Source: Mobula hypostoma (taxonomy: Eukaryota). Taken from it: DNA of 64,000 nucleotides. The notes under the pieces were generated by a model. The model was given only the letters and a program-made list of their open reading frames with translations, was not told the origin of the DNA and made no database searches. Position numbers and translations under genes: made by a program. This document shows positions 25,930 through 37,965 of the stretch, piece after piece. The stretch covers positions 29,576,001-29,640,000 of the forward strand of contig NC_086109.1 of the NCBI RefSeq assembly GCF_963921235.1, written 5' to 3'. The stretch's first letter is position 1, and each line of letters begins with the position of its first letter.

Positions 25930-27745
25930 CATTCTAGATTCTGGACATCTCCTATTCAGTGCCACCGACCTCAACGGACACTCACCAATATCCATACTGA
26001 CAGAACTATTTATTCTATGGCATCTGTCATGCACCTGCCCCTGACACACTTTGAAAACAAGGACACTTATTTCAGAATGCTGTTTCTGTATTTCAATTCA
26101 GCATTCAACAGTATTGTCCCTTGATGAGCAAATCATGCTCCTCAATCTAAATACACCACCGTACAGCTTCCTGACTATCTGAGATCAGTTGATTAGGAAC
26201 TGGGTGTTGGACTTCCTAAACAACAGATTTCAGATAGTCAAGAAGCACAATCACATCTCCTTCCCCATCATCCTCAACACGGGTGCCACCTCAAGGCTGT
26301 GTGCTGAGCTCATTGCTGTACATTCTGTCCACACACGACGGCATGGCCCAACATATGAGTAATCACATTGTCAAGTTCGCCGATGACATGACAGTGCAGG
26401 CACTCATCACCAAGAACCATCAAATGGCCTAGAGAGAGGAGGTGGAAGAGCTTGAGGCCAAGTGCCAGGCAAATAACATCTTCCTCAATGTCAAAAAGAC
26501 GAAGGAGATGGTTATCAACATCAGGAGAACTTGCACCACTCACACCCCTCTTCACAGGAACAGCTCCTCAGTGGAAACTGTGCGCAGTTTCAAACTGGTG
26601 GGAGTGCACATCTCACATAATCTCCCATTCTGCACAATCGGAAAAGTTCACCAATGCCTCTATTTTCTGAGGAGACTGGAGAGAGCTGGACCAAGCACAT
26701 GCATATTTGTGTATTTCTATAGGTGGGCAGTGGAGAGCATCACCACAGCATGGAACTGAAACCGCACTGTGGTTGACAGGAAGGCTCAACAGGTAGCTAA
26801 AACTACCCAACGCATCACTAGCACTAGCCTGTTAGGGGGGATTTCTTTCTGGGTAGATGATTTGTTAACACTTAAATGACTTTGGCCACCAGACTTCTAT
26901 TTTAACTGTTTGACAAAGGACTGTGGATTGAGTCCACCACAATGGGCGCCCTAAAAGGTGTGAATACCAGATACTTCTGGTAGATTGACCTGATAATGTA
27001 GTTTTGAAGGCAGTATCATCACACCTTTACATTATAAATATTAATTTTATTAATTGTCTTCTATGTTAGAACGGGAAATGCCAAATAAATGTATCGTAGA
27101 CTTAACTTACATTCCTAAAGGCTGTAGATACCAACCCAGACATGCTGGCGTCGGGAGGAAAGGATGGTGTGATGTTTATATGTAACTTCAAAAGGAAGCA
27201 ACTTTTTAAGTAGCGATTGCCTTTGTGTTTAGCATATAAATATCGAGCCCACATTTTAGCTAGCAGACCTCTCTGCGGAAAGCGTCTCCGTCTGTAAGAT
27301 GCCTACTGTACCTTGTTGTGTCGAATAAAGAAGCTGCTTTGTATCTACCAGTGACTCTGTCTCTCTGGTAATTTCATCCACGCTACAACATAGCCCACTT
27401 GCCATCAAGGAGATAAAGACAGGAAGTTGCTGGAAAAGACCCAATAACATCATGAAGAATACCACCCACCCTGCTCATGGACTGTTTATCCCACTCCCAT
27501 TCGGGAAGAGTCTACGTAGCATCCATGCCAGGATCACCAGACTCTAAAACAGTCACATTCCCAAATCAGTAAAGCTGAGCAACACCATTTAAATTTATTG
27601 TGTTGATTTTTTAAAAAAAAATTATTATTGTGTTCTTTATCTTATTGTGTTTTGCTTTTGTGCTGCATTGGATCCAGAGTAACAACGATTTCATTCTGCT
27701 TCACACTTGCGTACTGGAAATGGCATTAAACAATCTTGAATCTTG
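25930..27745 (+). mobile_element. Rex1/Babar RT pseudogene interrupted by a solo LTR
   Basis: VKFADD, LNVKKTKEMVI, HQCLYFLRRL, FYRWAVESI; sequence resumes after the LTR; CAATCTTGAATCTTGA tail. Confidence 0.88.
26830..27390 (+). mobile_element. Solo LTR (561 bp), ERV or LTR retrotransposon
   Basis: TGTT...AACA termini; exact 5-bp TSD TAGCC (26825-26829, 27391-27395); TATAAA at ~27235, AATAAA at ~27324. Confidence 0.9.
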
Positions 27746-28299
27746 ATTATCTGCAAAGGCAGTGAGTTGAGCTGTGGGTGTGTTTACACACCGACAACAT
27801 ACTGCCCTCTTCAATCTGCAGATAGAATCAATGCTTCCTTGCTATAAGCGAAACAAAAAGGGAGTGGGATTTTGATTGTGAATGGTTCTGTGTTTTAAAT
27901 AATTAATTTTTATCTCCATTAAACCCGACCTGCTCTGATGAATTAAATCAACTGCCAAGGTGTCACCTTGTTCATTTATTTATATGTCGGCCTATCCGTG
28001 CGGCTCTTTGTGTCATCAGTAACTTGCCAGTACCACCTCTTCAATCTTTTCATCCCTAAGGTATAGTTTTAAAGAAAGTAAGCTCTATAGTGTCAAATTG
28101 ATTCAGTACCTTCTGATGATTAATGAACCAAGGACAAGACTCTCGTAGCATCAGAGTGGAAGAGTGTGATTGTCAGATTTCATGAGTGGCTAGAACTTCT
28201 GTAATTTAAATGCTCAGTATCAACAGACTGCTTGGTCTGTGCAGTAACAATAATTTAACAGGTGCACTTTTCATTTGCCAGTAAATTTTCAGGCATAAG

Positions 28300-28540
28300 A
28301 CATACAGCAGAGAATGGGTCCTATCCGCTGCCCAGGAACCCACCTACTTAATACTGCGTTAATCACAGGACAATTTAAAAACACCAATTAATCTACCAAC
28401 CAGTCTTTGAACTGTGGGAGGAAACAGAGCACTTGAATGAAAGCCACGTGGTCACAGCAAGAATGTGTAAATTCCTCATAGACGACGACAGAATTGAACT
28501 CTGAACTCCGAAGCCCCGAGCTGTAAAAGAATCACTTTGT
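28300..28540 (-). mobile_element. HE1-like V-SINE
   Basis: Colinear with 19865-20124 (TTAATCACAGGACAATTT..., TGTGGGAGGAAAC). Confidence 0.75.
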
Positions 28541-29014
28541 AACCCCCTTTTAAAATGTGTTACCAGTGAAGACATAGAACCAGACTCACCTGCACCTTGT
28601 ACAATATTGTAGACTTATTCCGTCCACCCAGGGATAAATTGCAAGCCATTACTTTCTACTTTTGGCAGGAAAAAGTTCTAAATAAAGCTGCCTATAGTTA
28701 TTGTATCTGTCTGCCTTTTCAAGAAGTGCTCTGCTTTTTTTTGGGCTCTTGTGGACTTCCCATCTTAAAATATATGCCAGCTTGTTCTAATTTCTCAATT
28801 TTAGATTATGAAATTAGGCCATGCCAGTAAATTTTCAGGCATAAGTATAATCAGGTCAAAGGGTTATCTGGTCATGTTGAATTCAGAACATGCACTAACA
28901 ACCTCTAAGTAACCATCAATACCAATAGATGCTGTGTTCCTTACATTCCCCAATTTAACAAAGAATATTTTACCTAATTATTTTCATAAAAACAATTTGC
29001 TTTTAATTTTATAT

Positions 29015-29370
29015 TGTATGGCATTTATAGATGCTATTTGAGCTACACCTAGCCACACAGGTATGGGTATAGAGCAATGGGTTAAGCACACGCCCCTGAG
29101 ATGCACCAGTGTTGATCGTCAGCGAGGAGGAGGTATCATCACCAATCCGCACAGACTGTGGTCTTCCAGTTAGGAAGTCAAAGATCCAATTGCAGAGGGA
29201 GGTACAGAGGCTCAGGTTCTGAAACTTCTCAGTCAGGATTGTGGGAATGATGGTGTTAACTGCTGAGCTATAGTCGATGAATAGCATCCTGACACAGGTG
29301 TTTGTGTTGTCCAGGTGGTCTAAGGCCGTGTGAAGAGCCATTGAGGTTGCATCTGCCTATTGGGGTGATA
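29015..29370 (-). mobile_element. Rex1/Babar RT fragment
   Basis: [36 protein letters not shown]. Confidence 0.9.
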
Positions 29371-29812
29371 AGAACATTAATAAAAGTAGCAGGTCAGTTC
29401 CAAAAGTGGATTTTGATTCAGCTAGTTTGGGAATTACGACTGTAAATTGAGTTTGAGAAAACTCCAGTCAGCTATATTATGAGGCTCACAGAGCACATGT
29501 AGACGCAAGAAGAATTCAAGACCTAGTTGAAACGTCTGCCACCCTTCTTTTCCCCGAGCAATATTACAGAGTTAATAGGAGATCTATAGTGCAAGTGATT
29601 CCACTTAAGAGTGAGAAAAATAAATCCTTGTGGAAGAATGCCTAAATATTTCTACCACATTAGTTAATCAATGAGGAGCTCACCAGTTACTGCACACTTC
29701 AAAAAGATGTTGCATTAGTAGAGGGCCACGTTAACCCAGCGCCCTTGGAAAATGTTACCCATTTGGAAACTGCAATTAAAATCCAAGGGAAGCAATCAGT
29801 GATTTCATGTTG

Positions 29813-30045
29813 GTGCCATGGTGGTGTACCATTTAGAGGGATCACTATTACAGCTCAGGGCATTCTGGGGTTTGGAATCTCATCATGGCATCCTCTGTAA
29901 GGGGTCTCTGCCCTCCCTATGGAATGTGTGGCATTTCCCCAGGTGATCTGGTTTCCTCCCAGAGACCAAAGATGTACCAGATAGGTTGATTGGTCTTTGT
30001 AAATTGTCCTGTGATTAGTTTAGGGTTAATTGGGGTTGTGGGGTA
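29813..30045 (+). mobile_element. HE1-like V-SINE
   Basis: GGTGCCATGGTGGTGTA head; GGTTTCCTCCCAGAGACCAAAGATGTAC core. Confidence 0.75.
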
Positions 30046-30052
30046 GTAATTT

Positions 30053-30432
30053 GCATGCGACAGCAGCCACACCCCAGTGCATTGTTTTGACAAGTGGGCT
30101 AAACCAGCTGAGGGTAGCTGATGGCCTGGCACCCCGACGAGATAAGGATATGCCTACCCTAGCATGTGAAGTTGGCTCCGGTGCACTGGGAAGATAAGCT
30201 CTATGGTGAGATCCAACGGCCAGGAAGACGGTCCTGCAAAGCTTCTTGGAGAGCGCAGGGCATGGCAAGGCACAGAAGTCATCATGGCCGTCCACCCCAA
30301 CCAAGGAAGACCCCAGTTTGTGACACTTGATCGTACCACTGGACCTGGATTTCTGAGGTTGAAAGAGTGGAGCTGGCCCACTTTAAAAACTCTCCTGCTC
30401 AAGTTTCCTGTCATCATCTGACATGATGGACA
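30053..30432 (+). mobile_element. Non-coding SINE-like element, possibly RTE/Vingi-derived
   Basis: GC-rich island homologous to the minus-strand element at 51543-51869 plus 53616-53742; shared start CATGCGACA and end TGATGGAC. Confidence 0.65.
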
Positions 30433-30595
30433 GTAAAAGAGACATTTTACAGTTGCCAAGATATGTTAAAACAATTTAAAATGCTCTAAAAAATTATAAT
30501 AAATTTAATCAAATATATCTTAGAACTTAATTATAATATAAACATAAAGTAAGATAACGATCACATGCCTTTTTACATAGTGCCAGTAAGCCCAA

Positions 30596-30905
30596 GTGGG
30601 CATGTGGCCAAGTGGTTAAGGCATTTGACTAACAACCTGAAGGTCGTGGGTTCGAGCCCCAGCTGAGGCAGCGTGTTGTGTCCTTGAGCAAGGCACTTGA
30701 CCGTACAGTGCTCTGTGACGACACTGGTGCCAAGCTGTATCGGCCCTTGCCCTTCCCTTGGACAACATCGGTGTCATGGAGAGGGGAGACTTGCAGCATG
30801 GGCAACTGCCTGTCTTCCATACAACCTTGCCCAGGCCTGTGCCCTGGAGAATGAAGACTTTCCAGGTGAAGATCCATGGTCTCGCAAGACTAACGGATGC
30901 CTTAA
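30596..30905 (+). mobile_element. tRNA-derived SINE with exact 11-bp TSD
   Basis: A box TGGCCAAGTGG, B box GGTTCGAGCC; TSD AGTAAGCCCAA (30585-30595, 30906-30916). Confidence 0.9.
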
Positions 30906-31175
30906 AGTAAGCCCAAACAAAGGAATGGAGACCGCCAATGGAATGTCAGCCCTCTTTAGCTTAAGCTGAGGGCTAAGTGTGAAGTGCATCTCTTCAGCAT
31001 GTCAATGTTCCATCACCTATTTGGTGGTGAATCCAACAGCAGGACAGTCAGCAAATGCACCATTTAGCACATTCCAGATCCACATTTGTCTGCACACTTC
31101 ATGACTGAGACATCCTGAAGGATAAATGTCTGTAATAATGGTGTCTTTCTGAAATAAGAGCAGGAGAAGCTGAGT

Positions 31176-31790
31176 AGCACACACTACATGCTGGAGGAAC
31201 TCAGCAGCTCTACAGAGAGGGATAAGGATTCAATGATTTGTGCCGAGACCCTTCATCTGGACTGGATCTTGGATAGGAGGCAGAAATGAGCAGTGTGAGG
31301 TAAGGGAATTGCGAAGCTGGTGACAGTGGATAGAAGATCTCCAGATTCGATAAGGTTGCCGATAATGCAGGAGACAGTGGTCTGATAATCCTGAGTGGAG
31401 ATCTCTTCAAGGGGTGAGTACGTAGAGGTGTCCGAGAATTGCCATCTGGCCACAGCAAGCTAGGGGTCATTCAACTGAACACAACAGCACCCACCTTGTT
31501 TGTGAGTTTGATGGGTGGAGTACAGTGCATTCAAAGGGTTCTTGGCCCAAAGCATCAACCCTTTATTCCTCTCAATAGATGCATTTGACTTGCTGCGTTC
31601 CTCCAGCATTTCACACAAAATTCTGGAAGAACTCAGGAGACCAGGCAGCATCTATGGAAAAGAGTGAACAGTCGACATTTCAGTCCAAGACCCTCCATCA
31701 AGACTAGAAAGAAAGAGGAGAAGTCAGGAGTCCTCCAGCATTTTGTGTGTGTTATTCTCAATTTCCCGCACCAACAGACTCTCTAGTGTT
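31176..31790. mobile_element. Composite Penelope insertion: tail and ORF fragment (-), forward tail, nested mini-copy
   Basis: Minus peptide WQFSDTSTYSPL..GDLLST..PHTAHFCLLSKI; inner copy 31612-31730 flanked by TCCTCCAGCATTT duplication. Confidence 0.8.
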
Positions 31791-31814
31791 ACAGAAAAAC
31801 CTGAACTTACTTAG

Positions 31815-31940
31815 TAGGTCATCAAATGAAGAGTCTTCAAAATGAAGCCTGTTTCTTTCCATAGATGTGGCCTAATATGCTGAGGGTATGCATCATTTTC
31901 TGCTTTTATTTTAGATTTCCAGCATCTGCAGTTTTTGAAT
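31815..31940 (+). mobile_element. Old Penelope tail
   Basis: ATGAAGAGTCTTCAAAATG..CCATAGATG..TTTCCAGCATCTGCAG. Confidence 0.55.
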
Positions 31941-33089
31941 TTCATTCCCTTCAGAAATCCTGGCAATCAGAGATCATGATCTGGATCATTAACTGTCTCA
32001 TGGGTAGATTCTGTTCATTATAAAGCAATACTTCCAAGCAGTAAAGAAAATTTTACACGAACTTGATAAATTTTAGAAACTGCTTCCGAATGGGATATTA
32101 ATTAATTGCTGCTCATTTAGCTTACAAACTGTAAAAATAAAATACCAAAATTAACCTGAATATATCCAGTAATTTAGGTACAGGAATGGACATTTCTTTA
32201 CATCTTCAGCTTCTTTCACAGAATAGCATTTCTTAGATATCTCAACATGAGGTTTTAGCTTGGTTACTGGAAAGGAAATAATGCATGAATGATGTGCTCG
32301 GTCACAAATAGGCTACTTGTCATCTTCGTATGAATTTCCGGACATTTGGTGTATTTCTGAGTATGCGAGGACACTAGCCTCTGGTTTACATGAAAAACAC
32401 TTATAGCAATTCACAGAATTCTCCCATTGTCAATGCTCAGTTTACAGGAAACTCAATATCTATTTATTCTACTTGCTCTTCTCCCTGCTCGACTCCCACT
32501 TCTGCCGACATTGCTCTCAGTGCAAGTCACCACAATGCAGGAAGGATGTGATAGCACTCGAGAGGGTGCAAACATTCGAAAGAGTGCAGAATAGGCTCAC
32601 AAGGATGTTAAAAGTGCACACGCACTTTAGAAATGAAGGTCCCAAACTGAGAGATCTTTTTCTCCGTCCTATCTTCAGGAATAATGAGCTTGGTGCGATG
32701 CTCTTCCTGCAGGCTAGACTGACTGAAATCAGCTATGTAAATATGTGAGATGTGTTTCACTGGATGTGAAGAAACCATTTGAAAAGTCCCTGAAAAATAA
32801 ACAACATATATTCTGGAGTTCTTCGTGTTTCCCCTCATATTCTTTTGCACACTCAGCATATGACCCATATATGTGACCTACATAGAGTAGGAACATATAC
32901 ACTATTAAGGAAACCAGCATGACAGAGAAAAAAAATAGAACCTGACAAAAACCCCCAAAGTTGCTGAATACAATAAGTAAACAAAAACTCATGGCTGGTC
33001 ACTGTAAGTTCAATGTGCGGACTTGACGTGGTGAGACTTGAGCTCAGATTTAAGCATAGGAGAAAGAAAGGATAGTGCACGTTGAGCAT

Positions 33090-33845
33090 TGAGAAGTTGA
33101 ATCGTCTTGAGCATCTGCCTTGTTATCCAAACACCAAGTGTCATTGACAAGGTTTTCTTGCCCTCAATGTTGTGAAAGATGGTCCTATCCCTGTTTGCTA
33201 ATGTAAAGTTCTATTCCGTTAATCTGTTCTGTATCTTGTACAAAAAAGTCTCTGAGGAAAAACACCTTTGTTCACAAGTTGATTGAGCAGTGGTCTGTAC
33301 CAGATGTCCTGAAGGCGCTGCGGGAGAAATTATTAATGTTGTTGGATTGATTCCCAGACTATCCCAGTCATTTGGAAGAATAACTCATCATCAAAACCAT
33401 CAAACAACCACCTAGAACTCATTGAACAGCAATCACTTGGTTGGTGTTGAGAACCACCCACTCCATCACATCTTCATGCCTAGCTAGAGCATCACTTCAA
33501 TTGGATGGGGTCCTTGAAGTGACTATGAATGGATGGATTATCTGCTTTCTTGTCTTTTCCAGGAAAGTCCATGAAGGTATGGAGGAGTTTATGTCTATCT
33601 TTATCCTCAGCAACTCATAACCCAGGACTCTGTGCTTGGTGGGCTGTTCCTAAATGCACATATTGAGACAAACATCAATAGTTGCTGGACAATCATCAGC
33701 TCAATGAAAGATGCTTGTTGGTCTGCCTGAGATCTACTGTGTCTTCCAGTGCAAGAAGGCTTCCACAAGCAAATGTTGCTAACTGGCATGTCTCTAAGGG
33801 ACACACTGTAGCTTGATGCAGCCACCAAAGGAAAGACCACAACGA
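33090..33845 (+). mobile_element. Tx1-clade LINE ORF2 C-terminal remnant
   Basis: Frame-broken TQDSVLGGLFLNAHIETNINSCWTIISSMKDACWSA and upstream KNTFVHKLIEQWS; 32600-32900 may be decayed ORF1. Confidence 0.7.
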
Positions 33846-33977
33846 ATGATCGAGAGTCTCAGCCTGAATTGTCAACTCTTTACTCCTTTCCATGGATGCT
33901 GCCTGACTTGCGGCGTTCCTCCACTATTTTACGTGTGTGACTCTGCATTTCCAGTATCTGTAGAATCTCCTGTGTTA
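33846..33977 (+). mobile_element. Penelope tail with degenerate hammerhead
   Basis: GAGAGTCTCAGCCTGAATTGTCAACT..GATGCTGCCTGAC..TTCCAGTATCTGTAGAATCTCCTGTGTT. Confidence 0.7.
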
Positions 33978-34544
33978 ATAATTGAACATTGCATACTTAC
34001 ACCCTGGGCTCTGTATACTGTAATAGCCTCTCGAATATTACACTGTAATAGTTGAGGATGAAGAATGTGAATGTGATACAATGAATTAATGCAATGATAT
34101 GCCCTGAATATATTGCTTTTATGAAATAAAGTATTTTTGTAACTATTGATGGAAATGGAAATTTGTTGCCATATTGGCATGGTGTAGATACTGCAGGTAA
34201 GTGTGACGAAGTGCTTGTTAGAGGATGTTGTGACTGAACTGAAACTGAGTTACACGGAAGCTGTAACTGGGAATTATAAAAGTCTTTATCCACACAGCGA
34301 ACACTTGGGAGAGAGAGAATCCAAGAAATCTCACTCTCTCGAAATGAAGTTTTATATTTCAACACAAAGATTACAATACACAATTAAATGCAATTTCAGT
34401 TGCTTATAATCACATACTTAACTTTACCATTTTGAATATAGTCAGGTTAAATTACAGGATTACTTATTTACAATTGTAGCACATCCCAACTGGCAGAACC
34501 AATTTGAATATTCAGTACCGGTGTTTGTTCACATAAGAGGGAGA

Positions 34545-35835
34545 TTGAAAATATGGCTGAGAAGTGCCACAACAACAACCTCTCATTCAATGTCGGCAGA
34601 TTAATGACTCCAGGGTGAGGTCCATGCCCATGCTCATTGAGTGATCAAAGGAGGAAAAGGTCGGAACTTTAAATTTCTCAGTGTTATCATTTCAAAGGAT
34701 CTGTCCTATCTCTAGCACTTCCGCACCATTACAAAGAAAGCATGGTTGTGCCTCCACTTTCTTAGAAATTAGCGAAGATTCGGCATGTCATTTAAAACTT
34801 TGACAGACTTCTATAGATGTGTGGTGGAGAGTATATTGACTGGTTGCATCATGACCTGGTATGGTAACGCCAAAGCCTTTGAATAGAAAAGCCTACAAAA
34901 AGTAGTGCATATAGCCCAATCCAACACGGGTAGAGGCTTCCCCAACATTGAGCACATCTACATGGAGCACTGCTGCCAGAAAACAGCATCCATCATCAAG
35001 GAATCCTACCATCCAGGCCATGCTCCCTTCTCACTGTGGCTTTCAGGGAGGAGGTACAGGGGCCTCAGGACCCACACCATCAGATTCAGGAACAGCTATT
35101 ACCCCTCAACCATCAGGCTTTTGAACCAAAGGAGTTAATTTCACTCACTCCAACACTGAACTGCTCCCACAATCTACTGGCTCACTTTCAAGTACTCTTC
35201 ATCTCATGTTTTTGATACTTATTTATTTATATTATTTTTTTCCTCAGCTCAAGCTAATAAAGCCTGAGGTGCAAGCATAGCCAAGCACACCCATTTCTAA
35301 TTATTATTTTTTTTTGGCATCCGTTAGTCTCGTGAGACCATGGATTTAGGCCTTGGAAGGTTTCCAGGGCGCAGGCCTGGGCAAGGTTATATGAAAGACC
35401 GGCAGCTGCCCATGCTGCAAGTCTCCCCTCTCCACGCCACTGATATTGTCCAAGGGAAGGGCACTAGGACCCATACAGCTTGGCACCAGTGTCCTCGCAG
35501 AGCAATGTGTGATTAAGTGCCTTGCTTAAGGACACAACACGCTACCTCAGCTGAGGCTCGAACTAGCAACCTTCAGATCACTAGACTGATGCCTTAACCA
35601 CTTGGCCACGTGCCATTAATAATAATAATAATTATTATTATTATTTTATTTTTGCATCTGGACAGTTTGTTGTCTTTTCCACATTGGCTGTTTGTCCTTC
35701 GAATGTGCGATCTTTCATTGATTCTGTTGTGTCTCTTTGTACTTACTGTCAACGCCTGCAAGAAAATAAATCTCAGGTGAAATATATGTTCTTTGACTTT
35801 GAATTTTGACATTTTACTTTGAATTTTGAACTTTC
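34545..35835 (+). mobile_element. Rex1/Babar 3' portion with a SINE in its 3' UTR
   Basis: FYRCVVESILTGCI-like; SGRRYRGLRTHTIRFRNSYYPSTIRLLN; TTTGAA/CTTTGA tail. Confidence 0.85.
35317..35615 (-). mobile_element. tRNA-derived SINE, same family as 30596-30905
   Basis: Reverse TGGCACGTGGCCAAGTGGTTAAGGC head; ends GACTAACGGATGCC(A)n. Confidence 0.9.
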
Positions 35836-36159
35836 AACTTTTTTGTTACATTGTTGAAGGATGGCTCCATGAATGTACAACTAATCAGAAGGTTAAAAGA
35901 CAAAACAGATCCTTCTTGCATTGTGCTCTAAGTGACAGGGGTACACCTTTAACAATGGGCTAATAGGAAGAACATTTATGTATTGTCTTCCACATATGCC
36001 TGTAACAATATGGTAATAGCAGTAGCATTGTCTCTCCATGTGTAGCTTGAATGGGACAGAATCAGAATATTACATTCAAAAACACACTCAAAATCTGCAG
36101 ATGTTGGAAATCCAAGCAACACAGCCAAATGGCTAGAGGAACTCAGCAGGCCAGGCAAC

Positions 36160-36760
36160 ATAACCATGAAGCCATAAGATATAGGAGCAGAATTAGGCCA
36201 TTTGACTTATCAAGAATCTATCAACCTCTGCCTTAAATATACATAAAGAGTTGGCCTCCACAGCTTACAAAATCTGCGGATGCTGAAAATCCGAGCAACA
36301 CCCACAAAATGTTGAAGGAACTCAGCAGGCCAGGCAGCATCTATGGAAAAGAAGTGCAGTTGACATTTCGGGCCGAAACCCTTCGGCAGGTCTAGGTTTG
36401 CAATGTCGACCGTATTTTTTCTCCATAGATGCAGCCTGGTCTGCTGAGTTCCTCTAGCATTTTGTGTGTGTTGGTCTCCACAGCTGCCTGTGGCAAAGAA
36501 TTCCACAGATTCACCACCCTCTGGCAAAAGAAATTCCTCTTCATCTCCGTTCTAAACAGACGCCCCTCTATTCTGAGACTGTGTCCTCTGGTCTTAGAAT
36601 CTCCCACCATAAGAAACATTCTCTTCACATCCACTATACCAAGGCCTTTCACCATTTGATACGATTCAACGAGGCCACCACTTATTCTTCAGAATTCGAG
36701 TAAATACAGGCCTATAGCTAACAAACGCTCTTTATATGACAAGCCATTCCATCTTGGAAA
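36160..36760 (-). mobile_element. CR1/HER1 3' end
   Basis: KTRGHSLRIEGR..NFFCQRVVNLWNSLPQ; tail at ~36165-36190. Confidence 0.9.
36266..36469. mobile_element. Two-arm Penelope mini-insertion with 16-bp TSD
   Basis: GTTGGCCTCCACAGCT (36250-36265) / GTTGGTCTCCACAGCT (36470-36485). Confidence 0.85.
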
Positions 36761-36984
36761 TGTCTATTGAAAAGAGTAAGCAGTTGACGTTTCAGTCCAA
36801 GATCCTTCTTCAGTCTCCCTTTAGCCTGCTGGAGGAACTTGGGTCAAGCAGTTTCTGTGGGGAGAAAGGATTTGATGATACTTCAGGTCAAAATCCTGCA
36901 TCAATTTTGAGTTCCTCTAGCAGATTATGTTTTGCTTCGAACTGAAGGAGGAGCAAGCTAACAAGCTAGATAAGTTCAGATTCC

Positions 36985-37965
36985 AAATCAGAAACAAAAG
37001 TGGAATCAGGTTTATTATCACCAACATGCTGTAATGCATGAAAATTGCTGTTTCGCAGTAGCAGTACAGTGCAAGAGACACAGGAATTACTATGAGTTGC
37101 AAAATAAACAGCACAAAGAGAAATAACGAGATAGAGCTCATTGGTTCATGGATAGGTCAGGAACCTGATGGTAGAGAGGAAGAAGCTCAATATATTGAAC
37201 ACTGGGCTTCAAGCTCCTGTACCTTCTCCCCAATGTTAGTAACGAGAAGAGGGCATATCCTAGATCCTGAGGGCCCTTAGTGATGGATGCTGCCTTCTTG
37301 AGGTACCAGCTCTTGAAGATATCCTCGATGGTACTGAGAGCGGTGTTCATAATGGAACTTGCTGATGTGACCAATCAGAATGCTCTCCACCATAGTACAC
37401 CTGTAGAAATTTGCAATGAGCTTCAGTGACATACCAAATCTCTTCAAACGAAATAAAGTCGCCGATATGCCTTCTTCATGACTGCAACAATGTGTTTTGC
37501 TCTGGCGAGATCCTTTGAGATATTGACACTAGGAACTCCAAAGGTCAAAGTTCAAAGTAAATTTATCATCTGAGTGTATATATATGTTATTATATATTAC
37601 CTTGAACTTTTTTTTTGCAGGCACGTATAGGAAAAAATAAAATGCAATGGAATTTTAAGAAAAACTATACATAAACAACCAATGACAGGCAAACAACCAA
37701 TGTGCAAAAGGCAAACTGTACAAATAAAAATAATACTTTGACAGTGAGTCTGTAAATCATAGGTTTATAGGCTCAGAGCTGTGAATCTAAGCCAGTTTAG
37801 AAACCTGATGTAGTTTCAAAGTGTAATAACTGTCCCTGAACCTGGTGGTGTGGGACCTAAGGTTCTGTGCCTCCCACCTGACTGTGGTAGTGAAAAGAGA
37901 GCATGGCCCGGACGGTGAGACGCTCCCTGGAAGTGTACTCAATGGCGGGGAGGGCTTTGTCAGTC
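36985..37965 (-). mobile_element. Two adjacent Rex1/Babar 3' fragments
   Basis: KKAASITKGP..LGRRYRSLK (37138-37374); second tail from ~37545 with LRSHTTRFRDSYY. Confidence 0.8.

Larger units (their letters stand above)
36078..36935. mobile_element. Penelope tail interrupted by CR1, itself interrupted by a PLE mini-insertion
   Basis: PLE minus arm breaks at ~36160 and resumes at ~36762 (TCTATTGAAAAGAG). Confidence 0.75.

Noticed and set aside
30596..30670. tRNA gene
   Set aside because: A and B boxes belong to a SINE head that continues into a body shared with 35317-35615 and is flanked by a TSD
34140..34202. Consensus donor CAG|GTAAGT
   Set aside because: No convincing upstream acceptor; such matches are expected by chance in 64 kb
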